This document shows positions 10,329 through 20,281 of a stretch of 64,000 nt of DNA, one piece after another (the first letter of the stretch is position 1; every line of letters begins with the position of its first letter). Under the pieces are notes generated by a model. It worked only from the letters and a program-made list of their open reading frames with translations, was not told where the DNA came from and made no database searches. A program made the translations under genes and the position numbers. The DNA is from an uncultured Nitrospiraceae bacterium (GTDB lineage: Bacteria; Nitrospirota; Nitrospiria; Nitrospirales; Nitrospiraceae): NCBI GenBank assembly GCA_963706325.1, contig CAVPLT010000004.1:736001-800000 (forward strand). Reading direction: 5' to 3'.

Positions 10329-11668
10329 AATATGGGACGGCGCGTAGGTTCCAAGACGGGAGCGGTTGGATGGCCATATGCCAACCCGTCCATGATTCCC
10401 GTGATAGTGACATGATGAATCGACCCGGCGACGACGGCATCGGCGGGAACAGCAACACGGGTAAAGTTGGCCGTGGTGCCGCTGCGAAAGCCGTCCCGTT
10501 CACCCTGTTCGAATAGAACTGAGACGGTGTGGCCGATCTGAGCCTGATAAAAGCCGATTGTCTTGGTTCGGGACAGTCCTGCTAAGATCTTGCTGCGTTG
10601 GCGGATGACTGGAAGCGGAATCTGGTCCTCCAGGCGAGCCGCGGCAGTGCCTGGTCGGGATGAATAGCTGAAAACATGGAGATAAGAGAAGGGCAGCCGT
10701 TCTGCCATCCTGACCGTATTGGCAAAGGCCTGTTCGTCTTCACTTGGAAAGCCGACCATCACGTCAGTCCCCAATCCCAGATCCGGCATTAACTTCAGGG
10801 CTTGTTCGACCAGTTCCTCATATTCCCGGACACTATAGCGACGGTTCATCGCCTGTAGGATTGCGTCGTCGCCGCTCTGCAGCGGAAGGTGCAGGTATCG
10901 GCACAGTTTGGGAGACGCGGCCATTAGCTCAAGTAATGCTGCAGGTACTGTGGTGGGCTCGATCGAAGAAATCCTCAGGCGAGTGACATCGGGGATCGTT
11001 TCGAGTTCCCGCAAGAGATCGACGAGGGTTGCTCCTCTATAGGAGTACTGGCCGATGTTCACGCCCGTGAGCACAAGTTCTCGATACCCGTGGGCGGCGA
11101 GGTCGCGGGCTTCTCGCAGCACGTCCTCGAGCGTGCGGCTGCGCTCGCGCCCACGAGCAAAGGGAATGAGGCAAAAGCTGCACATAAAGTCGCAGCCGTC
11201 CTGAATTTTCAGCAGGGCGCGCGTGGAGTCCGAATAGGCCGTGCCGGGCAGGGTGAAATCTTCGCGATCGATCGTCCGGCTATGGCGAAGTTCTGGCTTC
11301 GGCTGTTTGTGAAGCTTGCTCGGCGTCGGCAAATAGTCCGGCAAATTCATTTTGAACTGCGTGCCTACGATCAGGTCAATCCCAGGCACTGTCTGTAGCT
11401 CGGCCGCCCCGGTTTGTGCATAACACCCTGTAACGGCCACAAAAGCATGAGGCGAATGTCGCAACGTTTTGCGGACTGCATACCGGCAGTCTTTTTCGGC
11501 ATTCTCCGTGACTGTGCAGGTATTCAACACCAAGAGGTCGGTTTCTTCGCCGAACTCCACCAAACGATAGCCTTGGCGTTGAAGGTTATCGGCCAACATC
11601 GAAGTCTCTGATTGGCTGAGGCGGCATCCTAAGGTATGGAGTGACGCGCGTGGTGTGGTGATCGACAT
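10325..11668 (-). CDS. mtaB: tRNA ms2t6A37 methylthiotransferase
   Basis: TLGCRL, NTCTVT, TGCYAQ, KIQDGCDFMCSFC and RISSIEP; overlaps the miaB start. Confidence 0.9.
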   Translation of the reverse strand: MSITTPRASLHTLGCRLSQSETSMLADNLQRQGYRLVEFGEETDLLVLNTCTVTENAEKDCRYAVRKTLRHSPHAFVAVTGCYAQTGAAELQTVPGIDLIVGTQFKMNLPDYLPTPSKLHKQPKPELRHSRTIDREDFTLPGTAYSDSTRALLKIQDGCDFMCSFCLIPFARGRERSRTLEDVLREARDLAAHGYRELVLTGVNIGQYSYRGATLVDLLRELETIPDVTRLRISSIEPTTVPAALLELMAASPKLCRYLHLPLQSGDDAILQAMNRRYSVREYEELVEQALKLMPDLGLGTDVMVGFPSEDEQAFANTVRMAERLPFSYLHVFSYSSRPGTAAARLEDQIPLPVIRQRSKILAGLSRTKTIGFYQAQIGHTVSVLFEQGERDGFRSGTTANFTRVAVPADAVVAGSIHHVTITGIMDGLAYGHPTAPVLEPTRRPIL

Positions 11669-11808
11669 CGTGCGCGATTATAAGAGCGGGGCCGTGCGCT
11701 CGGCAAGGTGATTAGGAGAGAAAAGAGCTGACACTGTCTTGATCGAGCGTGGAGTGAGTGGTAGCATAAAAAAATTCTCCTCTGATCACCGGAGTCTTTC
11801 GGACCGCC

Positions 11809-12216
11809 ATGACGAACCCCCGGTTGCTTGCCAGTCTGCTCTTCAGCGTCCTACTTGCTCTTCCGAACGCTGCCGGTTGGTCGAAGGAAGTTCTCCCGAT
11901 TGAGCCTGACCTAACCAGTCGGCTCGACGAGCTGTACGACCATGAGGCTCGGTTGTTCATCATGCTCTTTTCACTGAAGGGCGACGGCAATGTGGACTAC
12001 ATCACCGGTCGGTTGGTGCAGGACTATACGCGGAGCAACTACGGCAATCCGGTGTACTACACCGAGCAATTTCCGCTGTTCTATTGGTGGGATCACACCA
12101 TGTTCAATGATCCTGAGCAGGACGGCGTAAACGGAAACGAACTCGTATACCAGGAGAACATCGAGTTCGACATTGCTCGGTACAAGCCTTGTGTCTTCAA
12201 CGGCCAGCCCTGCTAA
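11809..12216 (+). CDS. Exported hypothetical protein
   Basis: Signal peptide; C-terminal Cys pair. Confidence 0.75.
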   Translation: MTNPRLLASLLFSVLLALPNAAGWSKEVLPIEPDLTSRLDELYDHEARLFIMLFSLKGDGNVDYITGRLVQDYTRSNYGNPVYYTEQFPLFYWWDHTMFNDPEQDGVNGNELVYQENIEFDIARYKPCVFNGQPC

Positions 12217-12323
12217 AATCCACCTTCCTTTGATAACTGTTCCACTAGCTCCAGCTCTGTGGCAGCTTCTCATTCCTGTTGCATGCCTGGTCGGTTGATC
12301 GCGCGCCTCTGCTTTCTTACCAT

Positions 12324-13187
12324 TTACTCGAACACGAGCACCGGGCATTGTGCTTGATGCAGCACCGCGTGGGAGACGCTGCCTAGGAAAAATCGGGTGA
12401 CGCCTTGCCGGCCTCGCGAGCCCATCATGATCAAGTCTGATCCACCCTTCTCCGCCTGCTGGACGATCATCGCCGCGGGTGTACCCAGGACACTTGCACT
12501 GCGAGTTGAATGTCCGAGCGCATGAATTTTGGCCGCGACGTCTTCGACGAATTCATGGGCATGCTGGAGGGCTTGCTCCTCCAGCTTGACGGTGGCGAGG
12601 TTCTCCACCGGCCAGGGAGAACGGGTCGGCGGCAGGACGGTCACTAAGCTGACGTTTGCGGGCTCCCGAAAAGGTTGTTTTTGAAAGAAGCGCAGCGCCG
12701 CTTCGGCGTCGGACTGTCCTTGGAGCGGCAATAGAACTTGCCTCAGGCCCCTAAGCGGGCCGTTAAGGATCAGTTTGGCGCAGGGGGCATAGCTGAGGAC
12801 GCGATGGGAGACGCTGCCGAACAGCCGTTCCTTTAGTGGTCCGAGGCCCCTGGCTCCAATGACGATGAGATCCACATGGAGGTTTTCCGCCGTGGTGGCG
12901 ATTACGTCGGCCGGCGAGCCGATCTCCAGCCGCTTGGTGACCGGCCCGCTGTTGGGGGGAAGCAGCGACTGCACATGGGTCAGCAAGCGGTCGCCGTCAT
13001 CCTTCATGGTACGTTCCATCTGATCATAGAGTTCCACTGCCACTTCAGGATTCATGACGGGATAGGCCGGTCGAGGGGCGTCTACGACGTGGAGAAGCGT
13101 CAGCTCGTCCGCGCGTCGCAGGTATTTCAACGCCCGCACGGCTTCATAAGAATGGTCGGACCCATCCACCGCCACTAATGTGTTCAT
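12324..13187 (-). CDS. Universal stress protein (tandem USP domains)
   Basis: VAVDGS, IGARG..GSVSH and MGSRG..LGSVSH..CPVLV motifs. Confidence 0.93.
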   Translation of the reverse strand: MNTLVAVDGSDHSYEAVRALKYLRRADELTLLHVVDAPRPAYPVMNPEVAVELYDQMERTMKDDGDRLLTHVQSLLPPNSGPVTKRLEIGSPADVIATTAENLHVDLIVIGARGLGPLKERLFGSVSHRVLSYAPCAKLILNGPLRGLRQVLLPLQGQSDAEAALRFFQKQPFREPANVSLVTVLPPTRSPWPVENLATVKLEEQALQHAHEFVEDVAAKIHALGHSTRSASVLGTPAAMIVQQAEKGGSDLIMMGSRGRQGVTRFFLGSVSHAVLHQAQCPVLVFE

Positions 13188-13410
13188 CCCAGACTCCTTT
13201 CCTTTTAATCTCTCGCCGCTCTCATACCTTTGGCGACAAAGTGAGGTTTTATTGAGTCAATGAGTCATTGGCGCCCTGATCCACAGAGTACGCGTAGACT
13301 AAGTTTTAACTTTTGCGATTCGTATCTGCAACCGGAGGAGAGGCCTCGGTCTTATAGGCTTTAGAAAAACTCAGTGTTTGCAAAGTATGCATGGGTGTCA
13401 GAATAGCCTG

Positions 13411-13637
13411 CAGGATACTCAAAAAAGGCCGTCCAGCTTTGTTCTCGCATCGCGCAGAGACTCAACGTACCGGCCAGGGCATAGAGCCTGTCTCGACAGG
13501 CGGGTAAGAATGACTACGCTTCGCCTTTAGGACACGGCCGGCTCACCGACTCGCCGGCGTCCACAAACGTGGCGCTCATTATTCATCGCGCCGTGTACCT
13601 CGCTGCGGCCGCGCTGGCGGACTTTTTCAGTATCCTG
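13411..13637. mobile_element. MITE/REP-like interspersed element, long copy
   Basis: Terminal inverted repeats CAGGATACTCAAAAAAG...CTTTTTCAGTATCCTG. Shares internal blocks with the copy at 25308-25430 in opposite orientation. Confidence 0.7.
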
Positions 13638-14276
13638 CTAGAGATAGCGCTGAAACCAGCGGAGCGCCAGTTCGGCAACCTGTTCCAGGGTTCCCGGTTC
13701 TTCGAACAAATGAGTGGCTCCCGGAACGATTCCGAGCTCTTTGGGACATGTGAGCCGCGCGAACGCTTCCTGGTTCATCGCGAGGACCGGCTGGTCGTGC
13801 CCTCCTACCAGTAATAACGTGGGCGCCATGACTTGGTTGAGATAGGGTCCGGCCAGATCGGGTCGTCCGCCGCGCGACACGACCGCCTTCACTCTCCGCG
13901 GCTCGCGTGCCGCCGCTTGCAATGCCGCGGCGGCACCCGTGCTAGCCCCGAAATAACCGACCGGTAATCCGATGGTCCTAGGATGCTGGGTCAACCAGTT
14001 TTCAGCAAGGAGAAGACGGTCGGCGAGGAGGTCGATATCGAACACCTTACGGCGATCGTCCGCTTCATCGGGCGCCAGCAGATCCAGCAGCAAGGTCGCA
14101 AACCCTCCTGCCTCCAGATGACGCGCGACAAATGAGTTCCGTGGGCTGAAGCGCCCGCTGCCGCTGCCGTGAGCAAAGACAATGACGCCCTGAGGTTGTT
14201 CGGGGAGACCCAGAATCCCGTCGAGTGAGACTCCGGTTTCGCAGATTCTGGCTTGAAGAACAGTTGTTGATCCCAT
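13638..14276 (-). CDS. Dienelactone-hydrolase-like alpha/beta hydrolase
   Basis: FAHGSGSGRFSPRN, GYFGASTG, VSRGGRPDLA and GATHLFEEPG. The exact start is uncertain. Confidence 0.88.
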   Translation of the reverse strand: MGSTTVLQARICETGVSLDGILGLPEQPQGVIVFAHGSGSGRFSPRNSFVARHLEAGGFATLLLDLLAPDEADDRRKVFDIDLLADRLLLAENWLTQHPRTIGLPVGYFGASTGAAAALQAAAREPRRVKAVVSRGGRPDLAGPYLNQVMAPTLLLVGGHDQPVLAMNQEAFARLTCPKELGIVPGATHLFEEPGTLEQVAELALRWFQRYL

Positions 14277-14388
14277 GGTGTGGATTCGGAGATTGTGACG
14301 CCGGATTTCTCGCGCGGTTCATGTCGCTCAGAGGTCTGCGCTTTCACGAAGGCGCCTCCTTCGTGAACAGTCGGTCAGACAGAAGAAC

Positions 14389-14404
14389 ATCAAGTACAGT
14401 GCCA
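14389..14404 (-). promoter_or_regulatory. Putative sigma54 promoter (variant -12 TTGA) for the hydrolase gene
   Basis: Minus strand TGGCACTGTACTTGAT. Confidence 0.45.
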
Positions 14405-14678
14405 CCGCAACCCCAAACAGCATTGCTCCGAGCAATAGACCTTGCGTGTGCTGCATAGAATGCTCGCCATTTCCCACGCTCTAGCTTCAGCAGGACGAAC
14501 GTCTGACGCTTCACGCGCGCATTTCCTGTGGCGTTCTGCTACAGAATGTTCAGGACGGCTGTAGCATGACTCCCCCTGCACTCCAATCGAACGCAATAGA
14601 CTCTATGGCCAACGACTGGAATGTCGATGGAATCTGCACTCCAGCCGCCTCAGTTTGTGCAGCATGAGCTGAGCTGCG

Positions 14679-14694
14679 TGGCATCAGCCTTGCT
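14679..14694 (+). promoter_or_regulatory. Putative sigma54 -24/-12 promoter for usp/fds gene run
   Basis: TGGCATCAGCCTTGCT, a near-consensus match ending 36 bp before the ATG at 14731. Confidence 0.7.
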
Positions 14695-14730
14695 GCTCAA
14701 AGGCATGAATCTTTTTCGAATGAGGTTGTC

Positions 14731-15231
14731 ATGGCGGATCGTCTGTTTACCAAAATTCTCGTACCGGTGGATTTCTCCCTCTGCTCTGAGGAGGCTTTCC
14801 GGATTGCTCTCTCGTTCGGAAAATTGTTTCAGGCCGAGGTGCTGCTCCTCCACGTCGTCGATACGAAAAGCTTGGATGCGTTGAATCGGCTTGGACTCGC
14901 CGTTCCGTCCGAAGCGACCAAACAGAAGAAGCGATTGCATCATCATGCCAGACTGAAGGCGCGGCAACTACTTGCCTGGGATGAGGCGAAAGAGGTAAAG
15001 GTTCGGAGACTCATGGCGGCCGGCCGCCCATTTGAGGAAATCGCGCGCGCGGCGAGAGTGGAAGGAGTCGATTTGGTGGTGATGGGCAGTTACGGGGGTG
15101 TGGTTGGCGGGGTCGACAAGATTTTCTTCGGCAGCACGGCGGAAAAGGTAGTGCGGACGGCAGGGTGTCCGGTTCTAACGGTTCCGCTGCCGCTGAAACG
15201 GTCCAAAGGACGAATCAATAAGACGACCTAA
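14731..15231 (+). CDS. Universal stress protein
   Basis: KILVPVDFS; VMGSYG..FGSTAEKVVR..CPVLTV. Confidence 0.92.
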   Translation: MADRLFTKILVPVDFSLCSEEAFRIALSFGKLFQAEVLLLHVVDTKSLDALNRLGLAVPSEATKQKKRLHHHARLKARQLLAWDEAKEVKVRRLMAAGRPFEEIARAARVEGVDLVVMGSYGGVVGGVDKIFFGSTAEKVVRTAGCPVLTVPLPLKRSKGRINKTT

Positions 15232-15243
15232 AAGGAGGGCTAC

Positions 15244-15672
15244 ATGGTTGTGAAGCATGGACGAAAGGTGCTGAGCGGGAGACGATTGTGGCTTGCGGCT
15301 TGTTTTGTCCTGGCGCTCTGTTCGCAGGGCGGGGCCCAAGCAGAGCAGCGCATTGAGGTGATGATCAAAGACTTTACGTTTCTCACCAAGCAGATTCCGC
15401 TGCGGCTGGGTGTTGCCACGGTGATCGCCATTACCAACCAGGATCAGGAACGCCATGATTTCGGCTCGACCATGTTCGACGGTGTGCAGACCCGCGTGGA
15501 ATCCGATGGAATCGTCTCCTATGGCAAGGGCATCCGCGGGTTGTTTTTAGATGCCAAGAAATCGGCGGTGATTCGGTTCACGATGGGACGTCCGGGCCGG
15601 CATGAATTCAATTGCTCTATCCATCCCAACATGAAGGGCGAATTACTGCTCTTGAACGTAGAGGCGGTTTGA
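15244..15672 (+). CDS. Exported cupredoxin-domain protein
   Basis: Signal peptide; type-1 Cu ligands HDF and CSIHPNM. Confidence 0.85.
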   Translation: MVVKHGRKVLSGRRLWLAACFVLALCSQGGAQAEQRIEVMIKDFTFLTKQIPLRLGVATVIAITNQDQERHDFGSTMFDGVQTRVESDGIVSYGKGIRGLFLDAKKSAVIRFTMGRPGRHEFNCSIHPNMKGELLLLNVEAV

Positions 15673-15675
15673 GGC

Positions 15676-16614
15676 GTGGCGCTGCTCATCACACGAATCC
15701 TGTTCGCGACGGATTTCTCAGCCTGTGCAGATCGCGCGATGGGGTACGCCGTGACGCTGGCAGCCGCTTGGAAGGCAGAATTGTGTGTCATGACTGTCTT
15801 AGAACTCTATCCAGGGATGGATCCCGACTATACCGTCAACAAGATGTTCCTGGATCATGCACGGACGGAGGCGACTCGTCAGTTGGACGCGGTTCAAGCG
15901 CGCCTGAAGGGGGACGGACAAGCAATCGCGACGCGCATTGAGATCGGCATTCCCAGCCAAGCAGTTCAGACCGTAGCCCAAAGCACGGCCGCGGACCTGG
16001 TGGTGGTCGGAACGCATGGACGGACCGGACTCGATCATGTATTGATCGGGAGCACCGCCGAACGGGTCGTCCGCATGGCGCCTTGCCCAGTCTTGGCCGT
16101 GAAGGTCGACAAGGGCGAGAGGGGCGCCACCGCCACTGTGGGCATTAAACGGATCGTGGTTCCCATCGATCTCTCCAGTTGTTCGCTCGATGCGCTGGAA
16201 TATGCCACGCAGTTTGCCAAACACATCGGGGCCTCGATCACCATCCTCCATGCCATGGAGCCGGTGGCTTATGGATTGGATTTTAGTTTGAGCCATGCGA
16301 AGGAATGGAAACGCCAGCGAGAATATCTGGAAGAACGGCTGACCGTACTGACCGCCTGTCTGACGTCCTCCGGTGTCAAAACCGACCACGTGCTCAAGCC
16401 AGGGGTGCCGGCTGATTCAATCACCTCGTACGTCACGCAGCAGCGCTATGACTTGATGATCATGGGCACCCATGGCAGGCGTGGAATCTCACATATTCTC
16501 GTCGGCAGCATCGCAGGCGCCATGCTACGTCACGCCCCCTGTCCCGTCCTCACGGTACGGCAGTTCGATTTCGGTGTGGACTATCAACGTGTGGTGCCCC
16601 TGAGGGGGCCGTAA
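15676..16614 (+). CDS. Universal stress protein (tandem USP domains)
   Basis: ILFATDFS, GTHGRTG..GSTAERVVR, and a second GTHGRRG..CPVLTV. Confidence 0.93.
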   Translation: MALLITRILFATDFSACADRAMGYAVTLAAAWKAELCVMTVLELYPGMDPDYTVNKMFLDHARTEATRQLDAVQARLKGDGQAIATRIEIGIPSQAVQTVAQSTAADLVVVGTHGRTGLDHVLIGSTAERVVRMAPCPVLAVKVDKGERGATATVGIKRIVVPIDLSSCSLDALEYATQFAKHIGASITILHAMEPVAYGLDFSLSHAKEWKRQREYLEERLTVLTACLTSSGVKTDHVLKPGVPADSITSYVTQQRYDLMIMGTHGRRGISHILVGSIAGAMLRHAPCPVLTVRQFDFGVDYQRVVPLRGP

Positions 16615-16643
16615 CCAATCGGCCTCACATCAAGGAGTTTCCC

Positions 16644-16868
16644 ATGAAAAGGTCAGGTAAAAAGCATCAGGTCGCGAAGTTGATGCCTCAAGCTGCCGGC
16701 CGGTCCGGGACCAGCACGATCGAGCTGCCGGACGGGATCTGGGAACGGATCTCGCACCGGGCCTATGAGTTGTGGCGGGAGCGGGGATGTCGCGATGGTT
16801 ATGCGCTCCAGGATTGGCTGGACGCGGAAGTGGTGGTCATGGAGGAAATGCATGAAGCTCGCGAATGA
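16644..16868 (+). CDS. DUF2934 domain protein
   Basis: ERISHRAYELWRERG..G..LQDWLDAE motif; AAGGAG RBS. Confidence 0.85.
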   Translation: MKRSGKKHQVAKLMPQAAGRSGTSTIELPDGIWERISHRAYELWRERGCRDGYALQDWLDAEVVVMEEMHEARE

Positions 16869-18219
16869 ACGAGTAGCCGGACGATCCGTGCCGATCGTCA
16901 AGGAACTCGATGTCCTGCTGACGAGACTCGACCGTCTGTCGATGGCCGCAGGCTTCGCTGCTCAGCGGCGGATCGCCTTCGGGCGGGCATTGCAGGTCTA
17001 TGTCGAACTCGGGACTCAAGCGCCATTGTCCCCTCTGCCTGAAGAAGTCGAACTTGCCGATCTTTTGCTGTACGCCGATTTCTATCCGGAGGACGGCCAG
17101 TTGACTCTGATCGAGCAACTCCGCGACGTGATTACCGAGCACATCCCCGAAGAAGAACGGATCTGGCTGGATCCGTTGAAACACTCCTATATCGATCTGG
17201 TCGAACTCTTGCCCCAGGAGCCTGGAGCGCCGCGTCGAGGCCTGCGTTCGATCGGAAATGGTCGGCTCTATGAAGTGACGGCGGGCAGTATAGATTCGGA
17301 CGAGCAGGTGGGTGAGGTGTTGTTCACGCGTCTCGTTCGAGAACCCGGTGATCCTGAAAGCACTCTGGCCGTGATCGCAGGGCCGGTCTTGGTCCTGTCG
17401 GCGGAAGATGCACGGGCACTGTATGAGACCACGGCTCAAGAGCGCCGTCAGATGGAAGTGGCCGGCGGATCATTCGAACTCGGAGACTGGCCGGAATTTG
17501 CCAAACGGTTCGGCCATTTGTTGTTGAAGAACTTTGCGCGCATGCGTCTGGCCGCGCTGCTGGAGGCCGTGAATGAAATCCGGTATCGAACAACAACCGG
17601 AGAACCCTACTTCTACGTGATGGCGCTCTACGACCATCAGGAATTTTCGCATATCATCGGGAGCATGAGCGAGTTGGAAGGCTGGAAAGAGGCTCCGGCA
17701 CAGCCGGAAGAAGTCGTGCGCTCGAAGAAACTCCGCCGCTTTGTCCAGCAGCACAAGGAGGGTGGTTCGATTGGAGTTCCGACGGCGAGAGTGACCGTGA
17801 CCGCGACACAATTGTTCCTCGAATGTGACTCGCGTGAACGGCTCGATGCGATCAAACATAGCCTGGCGGCTACCTTCGGATTCTCATTACACTTCCGGGG
17901 CGAATCAACCCAGCCCCCGACTCGTCAGGTGACTCAGGAGGAACTGTCCACCGATGAGCCGCTCACCTTGCTGGTGGCAAACGAAGAGGACCGAATATTG
18001 GTCGGCACGTTTCTCCAAACCGTCTATCTCGAATGGGCCGACCGTGAGACGCCGACGTTGGGCGGCGAAACTCCTCACCACGTGATGACGACCCCGGCGG
18101 GACGCACGCAAGTTGCGGCGCTCATCGATGAAATGGAACGAACCGATCTGGGCCTCCTTCGGACGGGAGTGGCTGCCTTCGACTACAACCAGCTGCGTGC
18201 GCATGTGGGCCTCTGCTGA
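16852..18219 (+). CDS. Conserved hypothetical protein (~455 aa)
   Basis: Long ORF coupled to its neighbours; C-terminal EWADRETPTLGGETP motif. Confidence 0.75.
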   Translation: MKLANERVAGRSVPIVKELDVLLTRLDRLSMAAGFAAQRRIAFGRALQVYVELGTQAPLSPLPEEVELADLLLYADFYPEDGQLTLIEQLRDVITEHIPEEERIWLDPLKHSYIDLVELLPQEPGAPRRGLRSIGNGRLYEVTAGSIDSDEQVGEVLFTRLVREPGDPESTLAVIAGPVLVLSAEDARALYETTAQERRQMEVAGGSFELGDWPEFAKRFGHLLLKNFARMRLAALLEAVNEIRYRTTTGEPYFYVMALYDHQEFSHIIGSMSELEGWKEAPAQPEEVVRSKKLRRFVQQHKEGGSIGVPTARVTVTATQLFLECDSRERLDAIKHSLAATFGFSLHFRGESTQPPTRQVTQEELSTDEPLTLLVANEEDRILVGTFLQTVYLEWADRETPTLGGETPHHVMTTPAGRTQVAALIDEMERTDLGLLRTGVAAFDYNQLRAHVGLC

Positions 18220-18244
18220 CCTTGATAGGTGCGGGATTGTGACG

Positions 18245-18742
18245 ATGCGAGATACAAACGGCGAGATACGAAAGCGAGGAACGAGCGCCCCGATGCATGA
18301 GCAGGTGCAGGGGATTCTCGAGCACGATCGGAAGGAGCCGCCCAACATTCTCAAGGCGCTGCTGATCCTGCAGGAGGAACTCGGCCATGTGCCGTTGGAA
18401 GCGGTTCCTGAAATCGCCCGCACCCTGGACGTGACGACCGCACAGGTCGCCGGGGTCCTGTCGTATTATCCGGATCTGCGGGTGACTGCTCCGGGTCGGC
18501 ATCTGATCCGTGTCTGCATCGGCGAGTCCTGCTTTGCCAACGGGTGCGGTCGTCTGTTGCGAGCGCTGCAAGATACCCTGCGCATTGATGTGGGGGAGAC
18601 CGCGGCAGGCGGACGGTTTACGTTGGACACCATGTCATGCGCGGGGAACTGCGCCCTGTCTCCTACCATGATCGTCGACCGCGACCTGTATGGCCGTTTG
18701 TTGCCGTCACAGCTCGATGCCTTGTTAGGGCGTTATCGGTGA
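18245..18742 (+). CDS. fdsG: NAD-dependent formate dehydrogenase gamma subunit (NuoE-like, 2Fe-2S)
   Basis: CIGESC and CAGNC ligands; first gene of the fds cluster. Start could be 18293. Confidence 0.85.
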   Translation: MRDTNGEIRKRGTSAPMHEQVQGILEHDRKEPPNILKALLILQEELGHVPLEAVPEIARTLDVTTAQVAGVLSYYPDLRVTAPGRHLIRVCIGESCFANGCGRLLRALQDTLRIDVGETAAGGRFTLDTMSCAGNCALSPTMIVDRDLYGRLLPSQLDALLGRYR

Positions 18743-18743
18743 C

Positions 18744-20241
18744 ATGAGCATGGCCCTACGACTCTACCTTTCCAACGACACATCGGCCAGAGCCGCCGGG
18801 GCTGGTCTCTTGGCAGACAGCTGGTCGGAGCGTCCAGAGGTGCAACTCATCCGCACCTCATCCCGCGGCGCTTTTTTTCTCGAACCGATGGTGGAGCGTG
18901 ACAGCCCTGATGGCCGGCTGGCCTGGTTCAACGTCACGCCGGACGATCTGAGGTCCATCGTTGCCGGAATCGGCGGTACCTCCGTGCGATCGATTCCCTT
19001 TCTGACTCAGCAAGTCCGGTTTACCTTTGCCAACTTCGGTGAGACGGAGCCGTTGGCGTTGGACGAATACCAGGCGCGTGGCGGCTTGCAGGGGCTGGAG
19101 ATGGCCTTGCGCGCCACACCCGATGCGATCGTCGAGGAACTCAGGGTGTCGCAGCTACGAGGACGGGGCGGGGCGGCCTTTCCGGTGTGGAACAAGTGGA
19201 AGGTGGCGCAACAGGCGAAGGCCGACGAGAAGTATGTGGTGGCGAATGCCGACGAGGGTGATGCCGGCACCTATTGTGATCGCATGATCCTCGAAGGTGA
19301 TCCGTTCAGATTGCTGGAAGGCATGTTGATCTGCGCCCGAGCCATCGGCGCCAATCGCGGGTATGTCTATTGCCGGCAGGAGTACCCGGCAGCGGCTGCG
19401 ACGTTGCGGGCCGCCATCCACAAGGCGGATGAAGCGGAGTTGCTGGAATTGGACGGGGAGTTCTTCCCCATCGAGGTCGTGGAGGGAGCCGGCTCCTATG
19501 TCTGTGGAGAAGAGACCGCCCTGCTGGAATCCATCGAAGGCAGACGCGGAGTCGTACGAGCCAAGCCACCCTATCCGGCCGAGTCCGGCTTGTATGGAAG
19601 ACCGACGATCGTCAGTAATGTGCTGACCTTCGCGATCGATCCCCGGCATTCTCTCCCGCGGCGGAGCCTGGCACGCATCGCTGGGGACCGAACAGTCACG
19701 CGGCACGATGGCCTTGCAACTCGGGGGACGGGTAAAGCAACCGGGGTTGGTGGAGGTCCCGTTCGGGCTGACTTTGCGTGGGGTGTTGGATCAATTCGGC
19801 GGGGGCATGGCGCCGGGAGCGAGGTTCAAGGCCGTGCAGGTCGGCGGGCCGCTTGGGAGTCTGTTCCCCGCCTCACAACTGGACATTCCCATTTCGTATG
19901 AGGCCTTCGCGCAGGCCGGCGCAGTTCTGGGGCATGGCGGTATCGTCGTGTACGACCACCAGACTGATATGGTGGATCTGGCGCGCCACTTCATGGCCTT
20001 TACCGCCCATGAGTCTTGTGGAAAATGCACGCCTTGCCGCATTGGGTCCGTGAGGGGCGTCGAGATTCTGGAGCGGATTCAGGCCGGTAGCGGTACCGTC
20101 GATGACCTGCTTTTACTGGAGGATTTGGGGGAGACGATGAAGGTGGCCAGCCTGTGTGCACTCGGGGGCCGGGCGCCTTACCCGGTGTTGACGGCGATCG
20201 AACATTTCCCGGCTGAGTTTCGGAGCAAGCTCAGAACCTGA
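18744..20241 (+). pseudogene. fdsB: Formate dehydrogenase beta subunit (NuoF-like), frameshifted here (+1 near 19636)
   Basis: LRGRGGAAFP, NADEGD and GAGSYVCGEETAL are in the first frame; ESCGKCTPCRIG and SLCALG are in the second. Confidence 0.88.
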
Positions 20242-20281
20242 ACGGTCGGCTCACTGACGAAATCATTGAGGTGCGCATTCG

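Noticed and set aside
13569..13814. 81-aa ORF containing LADFFSILL
   Set aside because: It is a translation of the repeat element plus antisense of the hydrolase gene.
13991..14347. 118-aa GTG ORF with a good RBS overlapping the hydrolase
   Set aside because: It is out of frame with the conserved hydrolase and has no motifs. It may mark a true start with another indel, but this cannot be resolved here.
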